Numbered from the stretch's first letter, positions 19,002-29,437 are shown. The stretch: 64,000 bases of DNA from Myxococcota bacterium (GCA_036012755.1 DASCPX010000009.1:128001-192000); one strand, 5' to 3'. The notes: generated by a model from the letters alone, not told the origin. A program made the numbers and translations.

Positions 19002-20762
19002 TCAGGGCACCAGCTCTCGCAACTCCCAGCTCCAGGCCCGGGACCTCGTGTCGATCGCGTAGACGTGGCCGTCGTCCCAGGCGACCAGGTCCAGCGGTCC
19101 GGGTCCGAAGACCGTGACCACCTCGCCAGCCCGGAGATCCCAGAGAGCCGCTCGCCCGTCGGCGGTCGGGCCCACCAGGAACCGCCCGTCTGGACTCGCG
19201 CTGATCGTGCCGCGCTCGCCTCGCCAGTCCTGGTCCGCCAGCACGATGGCCTCGCCGTCGGGCTCCCACCGCCACAGCCACGCGGGCTCGCAAGCTCCCG
19301 CGCATCCCACGAGGATCTCGCCGCTGTGAGCCAGGGTGCTGACCCCCCGGACCTCGCCGCAACATGCGCTCGGGCCGCTCGGGCCGACGGACAACTCGGG
19401 CAGGGACAGGGCAGTCACCGCGCCGTCCTCCTGCACCATCCACAGCCGCTCCGAGCCAAAGACCAGCCCCTCCACGGCGGAGAGTGTCTCGGCCCAGTGG
19501 CGGGCGCGATCTGCGAAGCGCTCTCCCTCGAGCAACGACACGCCACGCCGGTCCCCCAGAGCGAGCATGGAGCCGTCGTCCGACCACGCAAGCGCGCGTA
19601 GACCGTTGACGTCGTACACGGTCCTCAAGACCTCGCCGCTGTCTACGTCGACGAGCCAGAGGCGACGATGAGCTCCGATTGCGAGCTTCTTGCCGTCCGG
19701 CGACAAGGCACCCACGAAGAGGTCGTCCCAGCTGTCCGGATCGTGGTTCTCCCGCTTCGACAGCGTCGGTAGCCCGATCCGTCGAACCACTTCACCCGTG
19801 CTGGGCTCGACCAGCGCCGCCAGGGCGAAGCTGCGCTCGAGATCCTGGACATAGAGCAGCAGATCGCCCTGCAGCGGCCTCGGCGCCACGAGTCGGACAT
19901 CGGTCGCCAGAAGGACCCCGTCGGCGCGTTCGTCGAATGCCGGGGTCCACCAGTCCACGGAATGCCGAGCGATGACGCGATCTTCGCGCCAATCGACGAG
20001 GTCGTCGTCGGCGAGCCGGAGGGGGCTCTCCGCGTCGAGTTCGGCGTAGTCGAGCTGCCAGCGACCCTCGAGGTACACGACGGGCCATGTCTCCGTCCGA
20101 TCGGCGAGGGCGACGTCCACGCCGAGGGCATCGCCCCCTACGATCTCGGCGCCTGCGCTGAGCCAGCGCAGGTAGCCGGCGTCGGTGTTCCTGGCATGCC
20201 AGGCGTAGGTCCAGTCAGAGGCGACTCTCGCTTCTTCCGCGGCGTCGACGCGGAGGTCGACCCCTGGAAGGAGCCGGGGCTTGCCCTCCCCCGAGTGCAG
20301 CTCGTCGAGGAGGTCGGCGACGAAGCGCTCCGGTTCGCTGCACAGACCGCAGGCGCTGCGCTCGAAGCGCTCGACCACGGTCCCTCCGCCGTCTCGGCGC
20401 AGGACCACCGTCAGCGGGGGGTTGGTGTCGAGGACCACGCGGAGGTAGTCGGGTCCCTCCACCACGCCGAGCACGGCCGCGCCCTCGGCCAGCGTGCGTC
20501 CAAGCGGCGACGTGGGGGCCAGCGCCCGGTCGAGGTGGTGGTAGTAGCTGCGTCGCGCGGCAGGGGGGAGCTCGCCCAGAGCCAGTGGCCGCACCGCTTC
20601 GCGAAGCCACGCCGGGTCCAGCTCCCCGGCGACGGCTCGCGCGCTCAGCTCGGAGACGAGCGCCTCTGCGCGTTCGGCGTCAGGCGGCCGCGCCGCCAGG
20701 GCTCCTGAGCCCAGAAAGACAAGGATTGGCCAAGCCTGGAGGGGGGAGGTCGCGCGCCGCAC
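19002..20762 (-). CDS. secreted protein with C-terminal WD40-like beta-propeller
   Basis: Signal peptide from GTG 20762; LSPDGKKLA, WSDDGSMLA, SPDGRFL, LWDL repeats. Confidence 0.8.
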   Translation of the reverse strand: MRRATSPLQAWPILVFLGSGALAARPPDAERAEALVSELSARAVAGELDPAWLREAVRPLALGELPPAARRSYYHHLDRALAPTSPLGRTLAEGAAVLGVVEGPDYLRVVLDTNPPLTVVLRRDGGGTVVERFERSACGLCSEPERFVADLLDELHSGEGKPRLLPGVDLRVDAAEEARVASDWTYAWHARNTDAGYLRWLSAGAEIVGGDALGVDVALADRTETWPVVYLEGRWQLDYAELDAESPLRLADDDLVDWREDRVIARHSVDWWTPAFDERADGVLLATDVRLVAPRPLQGDLLLYVQDLERSFALAALVEPSTGEVVRRIGLPTLSKRENHDPDSWDDLFVGALSPDGKKLAIGAHRRLWLVDVDSGEVLRTVYDVNGLRALAWSDDGSMLALGDRRGVSLLEGERFADRARHWAETLSAVEGLVFGSERLWMVQEDGAVTALSLPELSVGPSGPSACCGEVRGVSTLAHSGEILVGCAGACEPAWLWRWEPDGEAIVLADQDWRGERGTISASPDGRFLVGPTADGRAALWDLRAGEVVTVFGPGPLDLVAWDDGHVYAIDTRSRAWSWELRELVP

Positions 20763-20784
20763 GCCAGCATGTATCTTGCACCGC

Positions 20785-21654
20785 ATGCTGCTGCTCGCCA
20801 CGCTCGCATGCAACAAGGACGATGGCAACGACGGGCCCCAGTGGCTCCTGAAGCAGCGCCACGCGGGCCAGCCGCTCGCCTTGGGCCAGGGCTTCGACCC
20901 CTCGGACCCGACGGAGACCTACTTCGCGGCACAACACATCGTGCCCGACCTCTACTACGGAAACTCGCCACCCTCCGAGATCCCGCTGATGCTGTGGGAG
21001 CACGTGCTCGGAGAGAACATCAGCGATCCTGGGATCTGTCCCTACCTGACCGCGGACGGACCGACGCTGGTCTACGACGGGAACTGCCGATCCGCCGAGG
21101 GCTACGATTTCTCCGGCGAGGTCAGCATCCTGGAGTGGGAGGAGGAAGGCCAGGGCTGGCAACACTGGGACTTCGACATCGTGGTGGAGACCGAACTGCC
21201 GGACCAGTCCTTCGATCGCATCGGGCTCACCGGAGAGATCTTCTACGGCTCGGCCAACGAGGACATCGGACTCGTCTCGCACACCCAGACCAACGTGCAG
21301 ATGGAGTCCGAGGGCTACTGGGCGAACAAGGCGGTCAACGGAGACAACCTCGAGGCGGCCTGGAGCGAGGTCGCCTTCACCGGGATCTGGGAGACACAGG
21401 ATCTGGGGACGCGCACCTACGTCCACGTTGGCGTGCTCGACCTGGGCGACTTCGGTGGCTTCACCTTCCAGACGGAGGGCCTCGTCGATCAGGGCGCCAG
21501 CTGCGTCGGCGAAGCGAAGGGGCGGGTGCAGATCTCCGGCACTGCGGACGCGACCCTCCGCTTCGAAGGCAGCGAGCGCTGTGATGGGTGCGCCGAGCAC
21601 ACCGCCGAAGGTGCCACCACCCTCGCCTGCGCGAGCCGCGAGTACCTGCTCTAG
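20785..21654 (+). CDS. hypothetical lipoprotein
   Basis: MLLLATLAC; beta-rich acidic body; TATCTT 7 nt upstream. Confidence 0.82.
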   Translation: MLLLATLACNKDDGNDGPQWLLKQRHAGQPLALGQGFDPSDPTETYFAAQHIVPDLYYGNSPPSEIPLMLWEHVLGENISDPGICPYLTADGPTLVYDGNCRSAEGYDFSGEVSILEWEEEGQGWQHWDFDIVVETELPDQSFDRIGLTGEIFYGSANEDIGLVSHTQTNVQMESEGYWANKAVNGDNLEAAWSEVAFTGIWETQDLGTRTYVHVGVLDLGDFGGFTFQTEGLVDQGASCVGEAKGRVQISGTADATLRFEGSERCDGCAEHTAEGATTLACASREYLL

Positions 21655-21720
21655 CGCCCCTCGGCAGAAGTCGCGACGCGCCTTCCACCGGCGCCTTCGG
21701 CGCGCGCCGGGGAGAACTAG
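21651..21720. repeat. dispersed repeat, medium copy (CTAG...CTAG)
   Basis: Near-identical to both ends of 11942-12144 with the middle deleted. Confidence 0.9.
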
Positions 21721-21721
21721 A

Positions 21722-22807
21722 TCACCGAGATGCGCGCTCCACGCGCTCTTCCGGGAGCCAGGTGTTCGGGGCGTAGAAGTAGTCGGCTTCGTCGTGGGAG
21801 ATCCAACGCAGCTCGGCGGCCGTCCGGTGTCCGACCCGGAGCTGGTCGAGGCTCTCGACTTCCAGCTCCTCCGACATGCCGGACGGCCGGTCCACGGCCA
21901 TGACCTCTGCGTAGCGCTGGGGAAACAGCGGCGCAGCGAGTGGCTCTACGTAGCCCTCGGGGTACTCCGCGAGGAAGGTGGCAAGGTCGTAGCGGTCGGT
22001 GGCACCGAGAGCGTGGGCGATCTCGTGGGCCATCGTCGTGAGCACGTAGGCGACGTTGTCCTCGCTGGCCGAGACGTGGGCCACCGCCGTCCGACGCTTG
22101 GGGTCACCTCGGCTGTCGGCCGCCTGGTCGCTGGTGCCGGGCAAGTAGGCGATGTAGAGACGCACCCCGTAGCTGTCCGCCTCCACGCCCTGGTCCGCCG
22201 CCATGTTCTCCCACCACCACACATAGGAGATGGAGTGCGCGGCACGCGACAAGGTCGGCATGTCCCGCCCGACCGACGGCGGCTGCAGGGGCACACCCCA
22301 GGGCCCCTCGGGGTGCAGCTCCACCCAGGCATCGGAGCGGCCGGTGTAGCGGCGGTATTCGGCGTTGAACCAGTCCTCGAGCGCCACGATGGCCGTGCCG
22401 TCGTTGACCTCCTGGACGATTGGTGCGCCCTGGTCCTCTGGCGCGGCGAACTGCATGACACCGACGTCGATGGTGCCCCCTCCGAAGAGCAGCGCCTCGT
22501 CGTGGGACCGGAACTCCGCGACCTTGAAGATGACCACGGCGAGCAGCAGCACCCATGCCAGCTGGCGGATGCGACGCCACCTGCGCCGAGACCTCAGCTC
22601 GGGTCCGTCCTCGATCATCCGCGCCACGACGACCTCGGCGCCTGCCCCTCGCAGACGGGTGGCGAGAGCCCGAGCGTCGGCCTCGCTTCGTGGACGCAAC
22701 AGCAGCGGGAAGGGACCGATGAGACGATCCGGGAGGAGGTCCCCGAGGGCCTCCAATCCTCCGTCCGGTGGCCCGAGCACGACCACCTGCCAGCGCGTGT
22801 CCGTCAT
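21722..22807 (-). CDS. membrane-anchored zinc metallopeptidase-like protein
   Basis: One TM segment; AHEIAHALGATD (HExxH). Confidence 0.78.
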   Translation of the reverse strand: MTDTRWQVVVLGPPDGGLEALGDLLPDRLIGPFPLLLRPRSEADARALATRLRGAGAEVVVARMIEDGPELRSRRRWRRIRQLAWVLLLAVVIFKVAEFRSHDEALLFGGGTIDVGVMQFAAPEDQGAPIVQEVNDGTAIVALEDWFNAEYRRYTGRSDAWVELHPEGPWGVPLQPPSVGRDMPTLSRAAHSISYVWWWENMAADQGVEADSYGVRLYIAYLPGTSDQAADSRGDPKRRTAVAHVSASEDNVAYVLTTMAHEIAHALGATDRYDLATFLAEYPEGYVEPLAAPLFPQRYAEVMAVDRPSGMSEELEVESLDQLRVGHRTAAELRWISHDEADYFYAPNTWLPEERVERASR

Positions 22808-22865
22808 GGGTGCTGACACAACCTTGCACCCGCGGAGCCGCAGGACAAGCGATTCCGCGTGGTGG

Positions 22866-24563
22866 TCAGCCCTTGAAGGCGGCCAACGCGACCCCGACGA
22901 GCTTGCCCCAACCCGGCTCGGACTCCATCGCGACGAGCTTCTGACCCACCTGCGCGAGGTTCTTGTGGTCGCTGAACCAGACCGGCGGCGGCTGGATGCG
23001 GAAGGGAGCGCGGACCACGCTCTTCTGCGGGTGGTCGAAGAGGAAGGTGTTGTGGACGACGCCCATCCCCGACCGGATGTCCTTCGGGGTGTGGCCGGGG
23101 AATGCACCCCAGGTGGTCACGCAGAGGCCATAGATGAGCCCCGCCCAGCAGTTGATGGCGATGCCTCCGTATCGGAGCTCGGCGATGGCGCGGTCGAGCT
23201 CCGCCGCGTGGGCCTTGCAGGTCTTCGGATGGACGAGGACCATGCAGGAGAGCGTGCCCCAGCAGCTCTCGTTGGCGAACTCGGTGGCCTGGCGGAGGAA
23301 CTCGCCAGGGGTGCTGCAGTCGAGGTCGACCTGGGCGAGCACGCCGCAGAAGGCCTCCGTGGACAGGGCGTACTCATCACTGCGCGCCTGGACATCGGGG
23401 ATCAGCGTCCAAGGAACGATGTCCTCGCCGCCGCTGCCGAGGACCTCGGCCCCCGGGTACTTCTCTACGAAGCTGGAGTAGCGCTGCGCCGCACCCGGGT
23501 AGTAGGCCTTGCGTGGGGGAGACTCGCTGAGAGCGGTCCGCAGGTGCTGGAGGAACGACTCCCGCTTGTCCCAGCCCCGCGCGAGCACGACAACCTTTGC
23601 GGCGTTGCAGTTGAAGCTGCCGTTCTGCGTGACCATCCCCGCGACGCTCTTGGCCTGGAACTCCAGGTCCGCATCGGACCAGGGCCCGGGCACGACCAGG
23701 ACGGGGGTCACGCAGCCGAGCTCCGCGGAGAAGGGCCGGGTGTTGACCGGCTCGTCCGCGTCCTTGCGGCGCTGGGCCTCCTCCGGATCCGGGCCCCAGA
23801 CGATGGCGTCGTAGGTTCGATCGGAGCCGGTGACGTGCAGGGTCTCGACGCACTCGTGGGTGGTCAGGTACTTGCCGACCTCGACGCCTCCGTAGACCAC
23901 GGCCATGAAGCCGTCCGCGATGAGGGAAGCGAAGGCTGTCTCGACGTGGGGGCCAGAGTGCTCGTTCACCGGGTTCATCTTCAGGACGCAGACCTCGTCC
24001 TCCACGAAGAGCTTGTGGAGCACGTCCATCGGCGCGATGGAGGCCACGTTTCCAGCGCCGAGCACCAGCCCGACGGCGCCCTCACCCTTCGGCTCGCGGT
24101 AGATGCGACCCTGCGTCGCCGGCTTGCCGGGCTCGAGCCAGATCTCCGCCGAGTGACCCGTGAACATCAGCTTGTCCTGCAGGTTCGTCGGGAAGACGTC
24201 TGCGACGAGCTGACCGTCGGGGCGCGCCTTCACCGCCGGGGGCCGAGGCTGACCGCCCGCCTCGAGGGCCTCGATCAACAGCCTCGCGTTGCGGATCGTT
24301 GTCGTGACCGCCGCGAGCCACTCCTCGCCGGCGAGCGAGCTGTCGACCGGGATGCCCTTCTTGCGACAGCCGTCGGCGACCATCGCCGGCGCGACGGCGT
24401 TCATGCCCTCGATGACCTTCTGGAGGTACTGGACACGCTCTGGGATGCTCGTCTGGACCCAGGCGCCCCGGTGTTCGGCGAGGCGGCGGACGAGCGCGTC
24501 GCACTCCTCGAGCGAAGTCGGCGGGATGCTGGGCGGGGCCTCTGGGAACTTCGGGCTGGCCAT
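22866..24563 (-). CDS. aldehyde dehydrogenase family protein
   Basis: GAGN, HVTGS, AELG, FNCNA catalytic Cys, EAFCGVL. Confidence 0.93.
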   Translation of the reverse strand: MASPKFPEAPPSIPPTSLEECDALVRRLAEHRGAWVQTSIPERVQYLQKVIEGMNAVAPAMVADGCRKKGIPVDSSLAGEEWLAAVTTTIRNARLLIEALEAGGQPRPPAVKARPDGQLVADVFPTNLQDKLMFTGHSAEIWLEPGKPATQGRIYREPKGEGAVGLVLGAGNVASIAPMDVLHKLFVEDEVCVLKMNPVNEHSGPHVETAFASLIADGFMAVVYGGVEVGKYLTTHECVETLHVTGSDRTYDAIVWGPDPEEAQRRKDADEPVNTRPFSAELGCVTPVLVVPGPWSDADLEFQAKSVAGMVTQNGSFNCNAAKVVVLARGWDKRESFLQHLRTALSESPPRKAYYPGAAQRYSSFVEKYPGAEVLGSGGEDIVPWTLIPDVQARSDEYALSTEAFCGVLAQVDLDCSTPGEFLRQATEFANESCWGTLSCMVLVHPKTCKAHAAELDRAIAELRYGGIAINCWAGLIYGLCVTTWGAFPGHTPKDIRSGMGVVHNTFLFDHPQKSVVRAPFRIQPPPVWFSDHKNLAQVGQKLVAMESEPGWGKLVGVALAAFKG

Positions 24564-24590
24564 GGTCGTCGCTCCTGGCGAGCCCGCCTC

Positions 24591-25151
24591 CTATCGCTGC
24601 ACCGGCACCTCGGCCCACATCGCGCCGCGCAGATCGCCGACGCCGTAGCCCGTGGCCGCGTCCTCCGGGTAGCGCTCCGCTAGCAAGGCCGCGACCTCGT
24701 CGTCGATGTGGCTGCCGTGGCAGGCGAGGCAGCCGGGCTCGATGCGAATGGGCTTGAGCACGCACGCCTGGCCATCGATGATCTCGGACACCCCGGGGGT
24801 GTCGGAGTCCGCCTGCTCGAGCCACTCACGGACCCAGGCCGGGCCGGCGTTGTCGGGGTTCCGGAGCTTCGTCGACGCCCGCCCCGCCTGGCCCCCGCTC
24901 TCGGCGGAGATGGCAGCGGTCAGCGCCTGGGCCTCCGTCGAGCACACACCGACGGCAGCGGTCGGGCCACCCTCCCGGAGGACCTCGACCATGCGCCCCT
25001 TCAGGCTCTTTCCGAGCTCGTTCAGGGAGTCGTTGGCCTCTGCGATCGCGCGAGCCTCGGCCGCCGCGTCCTGGACGACGGGAGGCTCCGGTGTCGCCGG
25101 GGCATCGAGGGCGGGCTCCTGCGTGGAGCATGCACAGAGCAGGATCAGCAT
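24591..25151 (-). CDS. DUF3365/Tll0287-like heme c lipoprotein
   Basis: RASTKLRNPDN, CLACHG, YPED.ATGY..GDLRG. Confidence 0.9.
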   Translation of the reverse strand: MLILLCACSTQEPALDAPATPEPPVVQDAAAEARAIAEANDSLNELGKSLKGRMVEVLREGGPTAAVGVCSTEAQALTAAISAESGGQAGRASTKLRNPDNAGPAWVREWLEQADSDTPGVSEIIDGQACVLKPIRIEPGCLACHGSHIDDEVAALLAERYPEDAATGYGVGDLRGAMWAEVPVQR

Positions 25152-25177
25152 GGGTCCCTCTTAGTTAAGAGCGGCGC

Positions 25178-25555
25178 ATGCTGCAGGCTCTCCTCGTCGA
25201 CCCCTGGCCCGCGTGGCTCGGCGCGGGCGTGCTCGCGATCGTGGTCCTGCTCTACCGCCGCGTCGGCTTCGGCGCGCTCGGGGACTGGAAACTGTGGCTC
25301 GGTCTCGGGGTCGGCGGCCTCCTCGCGCGGTTGATCAGCGGCCGCTTCTCACCGGACTTCGCCCACGGCGTCTGGGACCAGGCCGTGGTCCCCTGGCTGC
25401 CTCTGAAGGCCTGCGCCTTCCTCCTCGCCGGCCTGCTGATGGGCTACGGCGTACGTCGGGTGAGGAGCCTCGGCAGCCCCCGGACGCTGATCCTCTTCGC
25501 TCTCGCAGCGGCCTTCACAGCCAATCTGCTTGTGCGGATCTCGGAGTCATGGTGA
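25178..25555 (+). CDS. YeeE/YedE-like membrane protein (degenerate)
   Basis: PWPAWLGAG, LGLGVGGLLA, AGLLMGYG.R pattern. Confidence 0.6.
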   Translation: MLQALLVDPWPAWLGAGVLAIVVLLYRRVGFGALGDWKLWLGLGVGGLLARLISGRFSPDFAHGVWDQAVVPWLPLKACAFLLAGLLMGYGVRRVRSLGSPRTLILFALAAAFTANLLVRISESW

Positions 25556-25887
25556 GGAGATTCCTTGCAGGAATCGGCCTCGGCGTCCTCCTGAGCCGCC
25601 TCGATGCGAGCGCACCGCAGGCAGTCTTCGAGGCCCTGATGCTCCGGAATCCGCACCTGTCGTATTGCGCCCTGGGCGCCGTATTCGCCTCGCTCCTGGT
25701 TCACCCGGGTCGCCGTGGACCCGCCTGGCCAGCGATCCTGATAGGGATCGGGGTCGGACTGTGCGGGGCCTTGCCGCTGACGGCTTTCGTGGCAATCGGA
25801 GAGGGCAGGCTCAGCGCCATCTTCATCGTCATCGGTGTGCTGCTCGGCGCGCGGGGTGCCGACTCACTCCATGGTCGAGCAGAATGA
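25549..25887 (+). CDS. YeeE/YedE-like membrane protein, second half (degenerate)
   Basis: GIGLGVLL, IGIGVGLCGALP, IGEG pattern; overlaps the upstream stop. Confidence 0.6.
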   Translation: MVRRFLAGIGLGVLLSRLDASAPQAVFEALMLRNPHLSYCALGAVFASLLVHPGRRGPAWPAILIGIGVGLCGALPLTAFVAIGEGRLSAIFIVIGVLLGARGADSLHGRAE

Positions 25888-25944
25888 AATGGACCGGTGA
25901 CGTTCGACGTCTTGTGTGTAGCTGCATCTACACAAGGAGTCGCC

Positions 25945-26172
25945 ATGACCTTCGTCACCGACCCGATGTCCCTGGCCCTCGCTCTCGGGCTCCTGGGGCC
26001 CGCTGCCGTCGACGAGCACGGCGTGTTCGACGAGGGTCGCCTGGACACGAGCACGGAGAAGGCCGACCTGGCGCGCGCGCTCGCCACCGAGCTGGACGCC
26101 GCGGTGTCCGAAGCTGACGAGGTCGTCCTGACCGACGTCGCCCTGACCGAGGTCTACTCCCTGGAAGAGTAG
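25945..26172 (+). CDS. small acidic hypothetical protein
   Basis: AAGGAG SD, GC3-rich 75-aa frame. Confidence 0.65.
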   Translation: MTFVTDPMSLALALGLLGPAAVDEHGVFDEGRLDTSTEKADLARALATELDAAVSEADEVVLTDVALTEVYSLEE

Positions 26173-26783
26173 GCACAGAGGAAGGCCTCCAGGGCGGGAG
26201 CGAGCTCGGAGTCGACGAGCTTCGCCGCGAGCGCGTGGAAGCGGAGTATCTCCATGGGATTCTGGCTCCCCAGGTCCTCGTCCTCGTCGCCGCCGGCAGC
26301 GTCCGATACCACTTTCAGCGCGACGAAGGGCAGGCCCGCGTCCAGCGCGCGGATCGCCGAGGCCTCCATCTCGCAGACCTGCGCCCCGAGGGCGAAGAGC
26401 TCAGCGCGGCGCTCGGGCGTCGTGACCGGCTCCGAGACCGTGACGAGGCTGACCGGTGTCGCCCCCGGGACGACGCCCAGGGTCTCCCATCGGTCCAACA
26501 CCCGCAGCGCGCAAGCGCTGACGAGGGCGCCGACGGGGAGATCGTCGACCAGGGCACCGCAGGTCCCAAAGCTGACCAGATGGGTCGCAGGCCACTCGGC
26601 AAGCGTCTCTCGCCCCCGCTCGGCGGCCTTTGCCGGACCGACCCCACAGGTGAGCACTGCGACGTGCTCGCCACCCAGGCGCCCAGCGACGAGGCGCGGA
26701 CCCATCACGCGGCCCTGCTCGAGCCGACGCACGACGGGGAGGGTCTCGGCCGCGAGCGCCCCGGCGAGCAGCCAGCGCCTCAT
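26154..26783 (-). CDS. nucleoside phosphorylase/MTA-SAH nucleosidase family (HpnG-like)
   Basis: CGVGPAKA, SFGTCGAL, CEMEAS, KVVSD. Confidence 0.85.
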   Translation of the reverse strand: MRRWLLAGALAAETLPVVRRLEQGRVMGPRLVAGRLGGEHVAVLTCGVGPAKAAERGRETLAEWPATHLVSFGTCGALVDDLPVGALVSACALRVLDRWETLGVVPGATPVSLVTVSEPVTTPERRAELFALGAQVCEMEASAIRALDAGLPFVALKVVSDAAGGDEDEDLGSQNPMEILRFHALAAKLVDSELAPALEAFLCAYSSRE

Positions 26784-29437
26784 CGGGACGAGGCCCAGCG
26801 CGCGAGCACCGGCAGCAGGGTGACCGAGGTGACGAAGCAGGTCCCGACACCGAGCACGACGAGACTCGCCAGGCCTGCGAGGCCGCGATGGTTGAGCAGG
26901 AAGAGCACTGAGAACCCGAGGCTGGTCGTGAGCGAGGTGAACAGGATCGCGCGGCCGGTTGCCGCGATGGCGGCGCTGACGTCCTCGCCCCCTTCCTCCC
27001 AGCGGTGGAGGATGTGGACGCCGTCGTCGATGCCGATGCCGAAGACGATGGGAAAGGAAGCGAGCATGAGGATGCTGATCGGAATGGACAGCGCGATGAT
27101 CAACCCGATGGCGACGAAGCTGCCAAGGACCACCGGCACCAGCGCCACCAGTACCTTGCGCGGGCTGCGCAGGTCCAGCGCGAGGATCGCGCCGAGCGCG
27201 AGGACCGTGAAGCCGAGGGACATCGGCAGCCTGTCGATGCCTCCGACGAGCAGGTCGTCGACGACGAGGAGCGTCCCGGTCGCGAGCGGATCGACCTCCA
27301 GCACGTCCGCCTTGAAGCGCTGCAGGAACTCGAACTCGATGCGGTAGTCGCTCGGGTAGACGTAGGTGAGGTAGGCGTCCCCGTCGACGAAGCGACGGCG
27401 CAGCTCCTCGGGGAGATCCTCGACGCCGTAGCGCCAGTAGGCCGAGCCTGCCCGGAGCCCCTCGACGGCCTCGACGAGTCCACCGAGCAGCACGATCTCC
27501 GTGCGCGCCAGCTCCGCCTCTCGGCCATCCAGAGACCCCAGGGCTTCGGTTGCAGCCGCCTTGACCCTCCGGCCCTTCGCCGCGAGCCCAGGACGCCCGG
27601 CGACCCCTGCCTCCCCGGTGATGCGCGCCCCGATGGCTCTCAGCGCTTCAAGCTCCTCTCGCAGGGAGGCCGTGTCGACCGCGTCGCGTTCTGGGACCTC
27701 CAGCCGCAGATCTGCGAGAAGTGGCAACAGACGCCGGTTGCGATCGAGGCGAGCCTCCACGTCCCGAGGCAGCAGATCGAAGGGCCCGGCGACGCGCGAG
27801 ACCGTGTCCAGGGCAACAAACTGCGCAGCGCGCGCCCGGGACTCCTCCATCGAGCCGCTGACGGAGAGGACGGCCTCTGCCGAGCCGCCCAGGGCCTCGG
27901 CGAAGAGGTGGTTCGCGCGCATCGCCGGGATGTCCTGGGTGATGATCTTCTCGAGGTCCGTCTCGAGCTCGAAGCGGGGCAGCTGCGAAGCCGTGGCCGC
28001 GAGCACCACCAGCGACACGACGATGACCCGGACAGGATGCCGGAGGCAACCGGCGACCAGCCTGGACAGTGACTTCAGCTCCATCGTCACCCGCGGCCGC
28101 TTCACATGGAACCGATCGGTCAGGCACAGCGCAGCAGGGAGCACGCCGACCATGACGAAGAGCGCGCAGCCGAGGCCGATGGCGGCCGTGACGCCCAGGT
28201 GCGTGGCAGCCTTGAAGTCGGTCAGGACCATCATCAAGAAGGCGGTCATCGTGGTGACCGCGCCGATGACCACACCGCGCCCTGTCCGCGACAAGGCGGT
28301 CACCATCGCCTCCTCTCCATCGAGGCCCAGGGCGCGCTCGTCGTTGTAGCGGACCACGACGTGCACGGCGTAGTCGACGCCGAGACCGAAGAGGAAGGTC
28401 GGGAAGGCCAACGAGGTGAGCGAGGCGTAGCCAAAGCAGAACTTCACGGCGGCGAAGGTCCAGACCAGCGTGACGAGCAGCCCGGCCCCGACGAGCAGCG
28501 GGGTGCTGATCCGGCGGTCCAGCAGGAAGAGCGCCGCGAGCACCAACACGAGCGACAGCGCGGACAGCGGGGCGATGCGACCCAGCACGTTCTGCTGGTC
28601 CTGGTAGCCGCCGGGGATGATGCCGCAGAACTGCATCCACATGTCCGGGTGGGCCTCGCGGATCGGGTCGATGGCGGCCTCGATGGCGCCAAAGCCCTCC
28701 AGCCCGAGATCCACCTCGAGGGGTCTCAGGGTCGTCTGGACGTCGACGAAGCCAAGGGCCCCGTCCGGCGAGGCGAACCAGCCATCCCGGAGCGGGAGGC
28801 CCCCGACGTCGGCGCCGTCGGAGAGTCCGGCCATCCAGATGTCCTCGAGCCCATCCGGGTCCGCGACCAGGCTCTCGAGGAGCACCGCCAGGGCGTCCAG
28901 CGCGTCCTCGGCTCCAGCCGGGGCGCTGCGAGCGTTGAAGCCCTCGCCCAGGCGGGCAGACACGGCGCCGAGTCCGGACTCGAGGGTGGGGTCCACCTCC
29001 AGCGCGAGGAGGATCGGGCGCAGCTCGACCAGCCCGTCGTGGAGCTCCTCGAAGTCCGCATCGGGCAGCTGCACCAGGCCGTGGCGCAGGATCTCGTCCC
29101 GGTCGACGCGCGCGCGGACGTCGACGACGTCGGGGAGCGGCAACAGCGCCTCCGAGACAGCCGTGGCGACCTCTCTCCGCTCCGTCTCCGTTCCGCCCTC
29201 GATGACCAGCACGACGCCACTCGCGGCGCCAAAGCGGGTGCTGTAGTCGACCAGCCGCTCCGCGACGGGGTCGCCGTCGTCGAGGATGCCCATGAAGGAG
29301 GCGTCCACCTTCAGGTCGTGCAGATACGTGAGGCTGCCCAGCGTCGCCAGCAGCGCGCCGAGCAGCACCAGTCGGGGCCGGCCCCAAGCCACTCGGGCAA
29401 GGCGAACCAACAGCTGCACGAGGGGCCCGCCATCCAC
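26780..29437 (-). CDS. MMPL/RND family lipid transporter (HpnN-like)
   Basis: GLGVDY and GIGIDD motifs in duplicated TM halves; two large periplasmic loops. Confidence 0.92.
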   Translation of the reverse strand: MDGGPLVQLLVRLARVAWGRPRLVLLGALLATLGSLTYLHDLKVDASFMGILDDGDPVAERLVDYSTRFGAASGVVLVIEGGTETERREVATAVSEALLPLPDVVDVRARVDRDEILRHGLVQLPDADFEELHDGLVELRPILLALEVDPTLESGLGAVSARLGEGFNARSAPAGAEDALDALAVLLESLVADPDGLEDIWMAGLSDGADVGGLPLRDGWFASPDGALGFVDVQTTLRPLEVDLGLEGFGAIEAAIDPIREAHPDMWMQFCGIIPGGYQDQQNVLGRIAPLSALSLVLVLAALFLLDRRISTPLLVGAGLLVTLVWTFAAVKFCFGYASLTSLAFPTFLFGLGVDYAVHVVVRYNDERALGLDGEEAMVTALSRTGRGVVIGAVTTMTAFLMMVLTDFKAATHLGVTAAIGLGCALFVMVGVLPAALCLTDRFHVKRPRVTMELKSLSRLVAGCLRHPVRVIVVSLVVLAATASQLPRFELETDLEKIITQDIPAMRANHLFAEALGGSAEAVLSVSGSMEESRARAAQFVALDTVSRVAGPFDLLPRDVEARLDRNRRLLPLLADLRLEVPERDAVDTASLREELEALRAIGARITGEAGVAGRPGLAAKGRRVKAAATEALGSLDGREAELARTEIVLLGGLVEAVEGLRAGSAYWRYGVEDLPEELRRRFVDGDAYLTYVYPSDYRIEFEFLQRFKADVLEVDPLATGTLLVVDDLLVGGIDRLPMSLGFTVLALGAILALDLRSPRKVLVALVPVVLGSFVAIGLIIALSIPISILMLASFPIVFGIGIDDGVHILHRWEEGGEDVSAAIAATGRAILFTSLTTSLGFSVLFLLNHRGLAGLASLVVLGVGTCFVTSVTLLPVLARWASSR

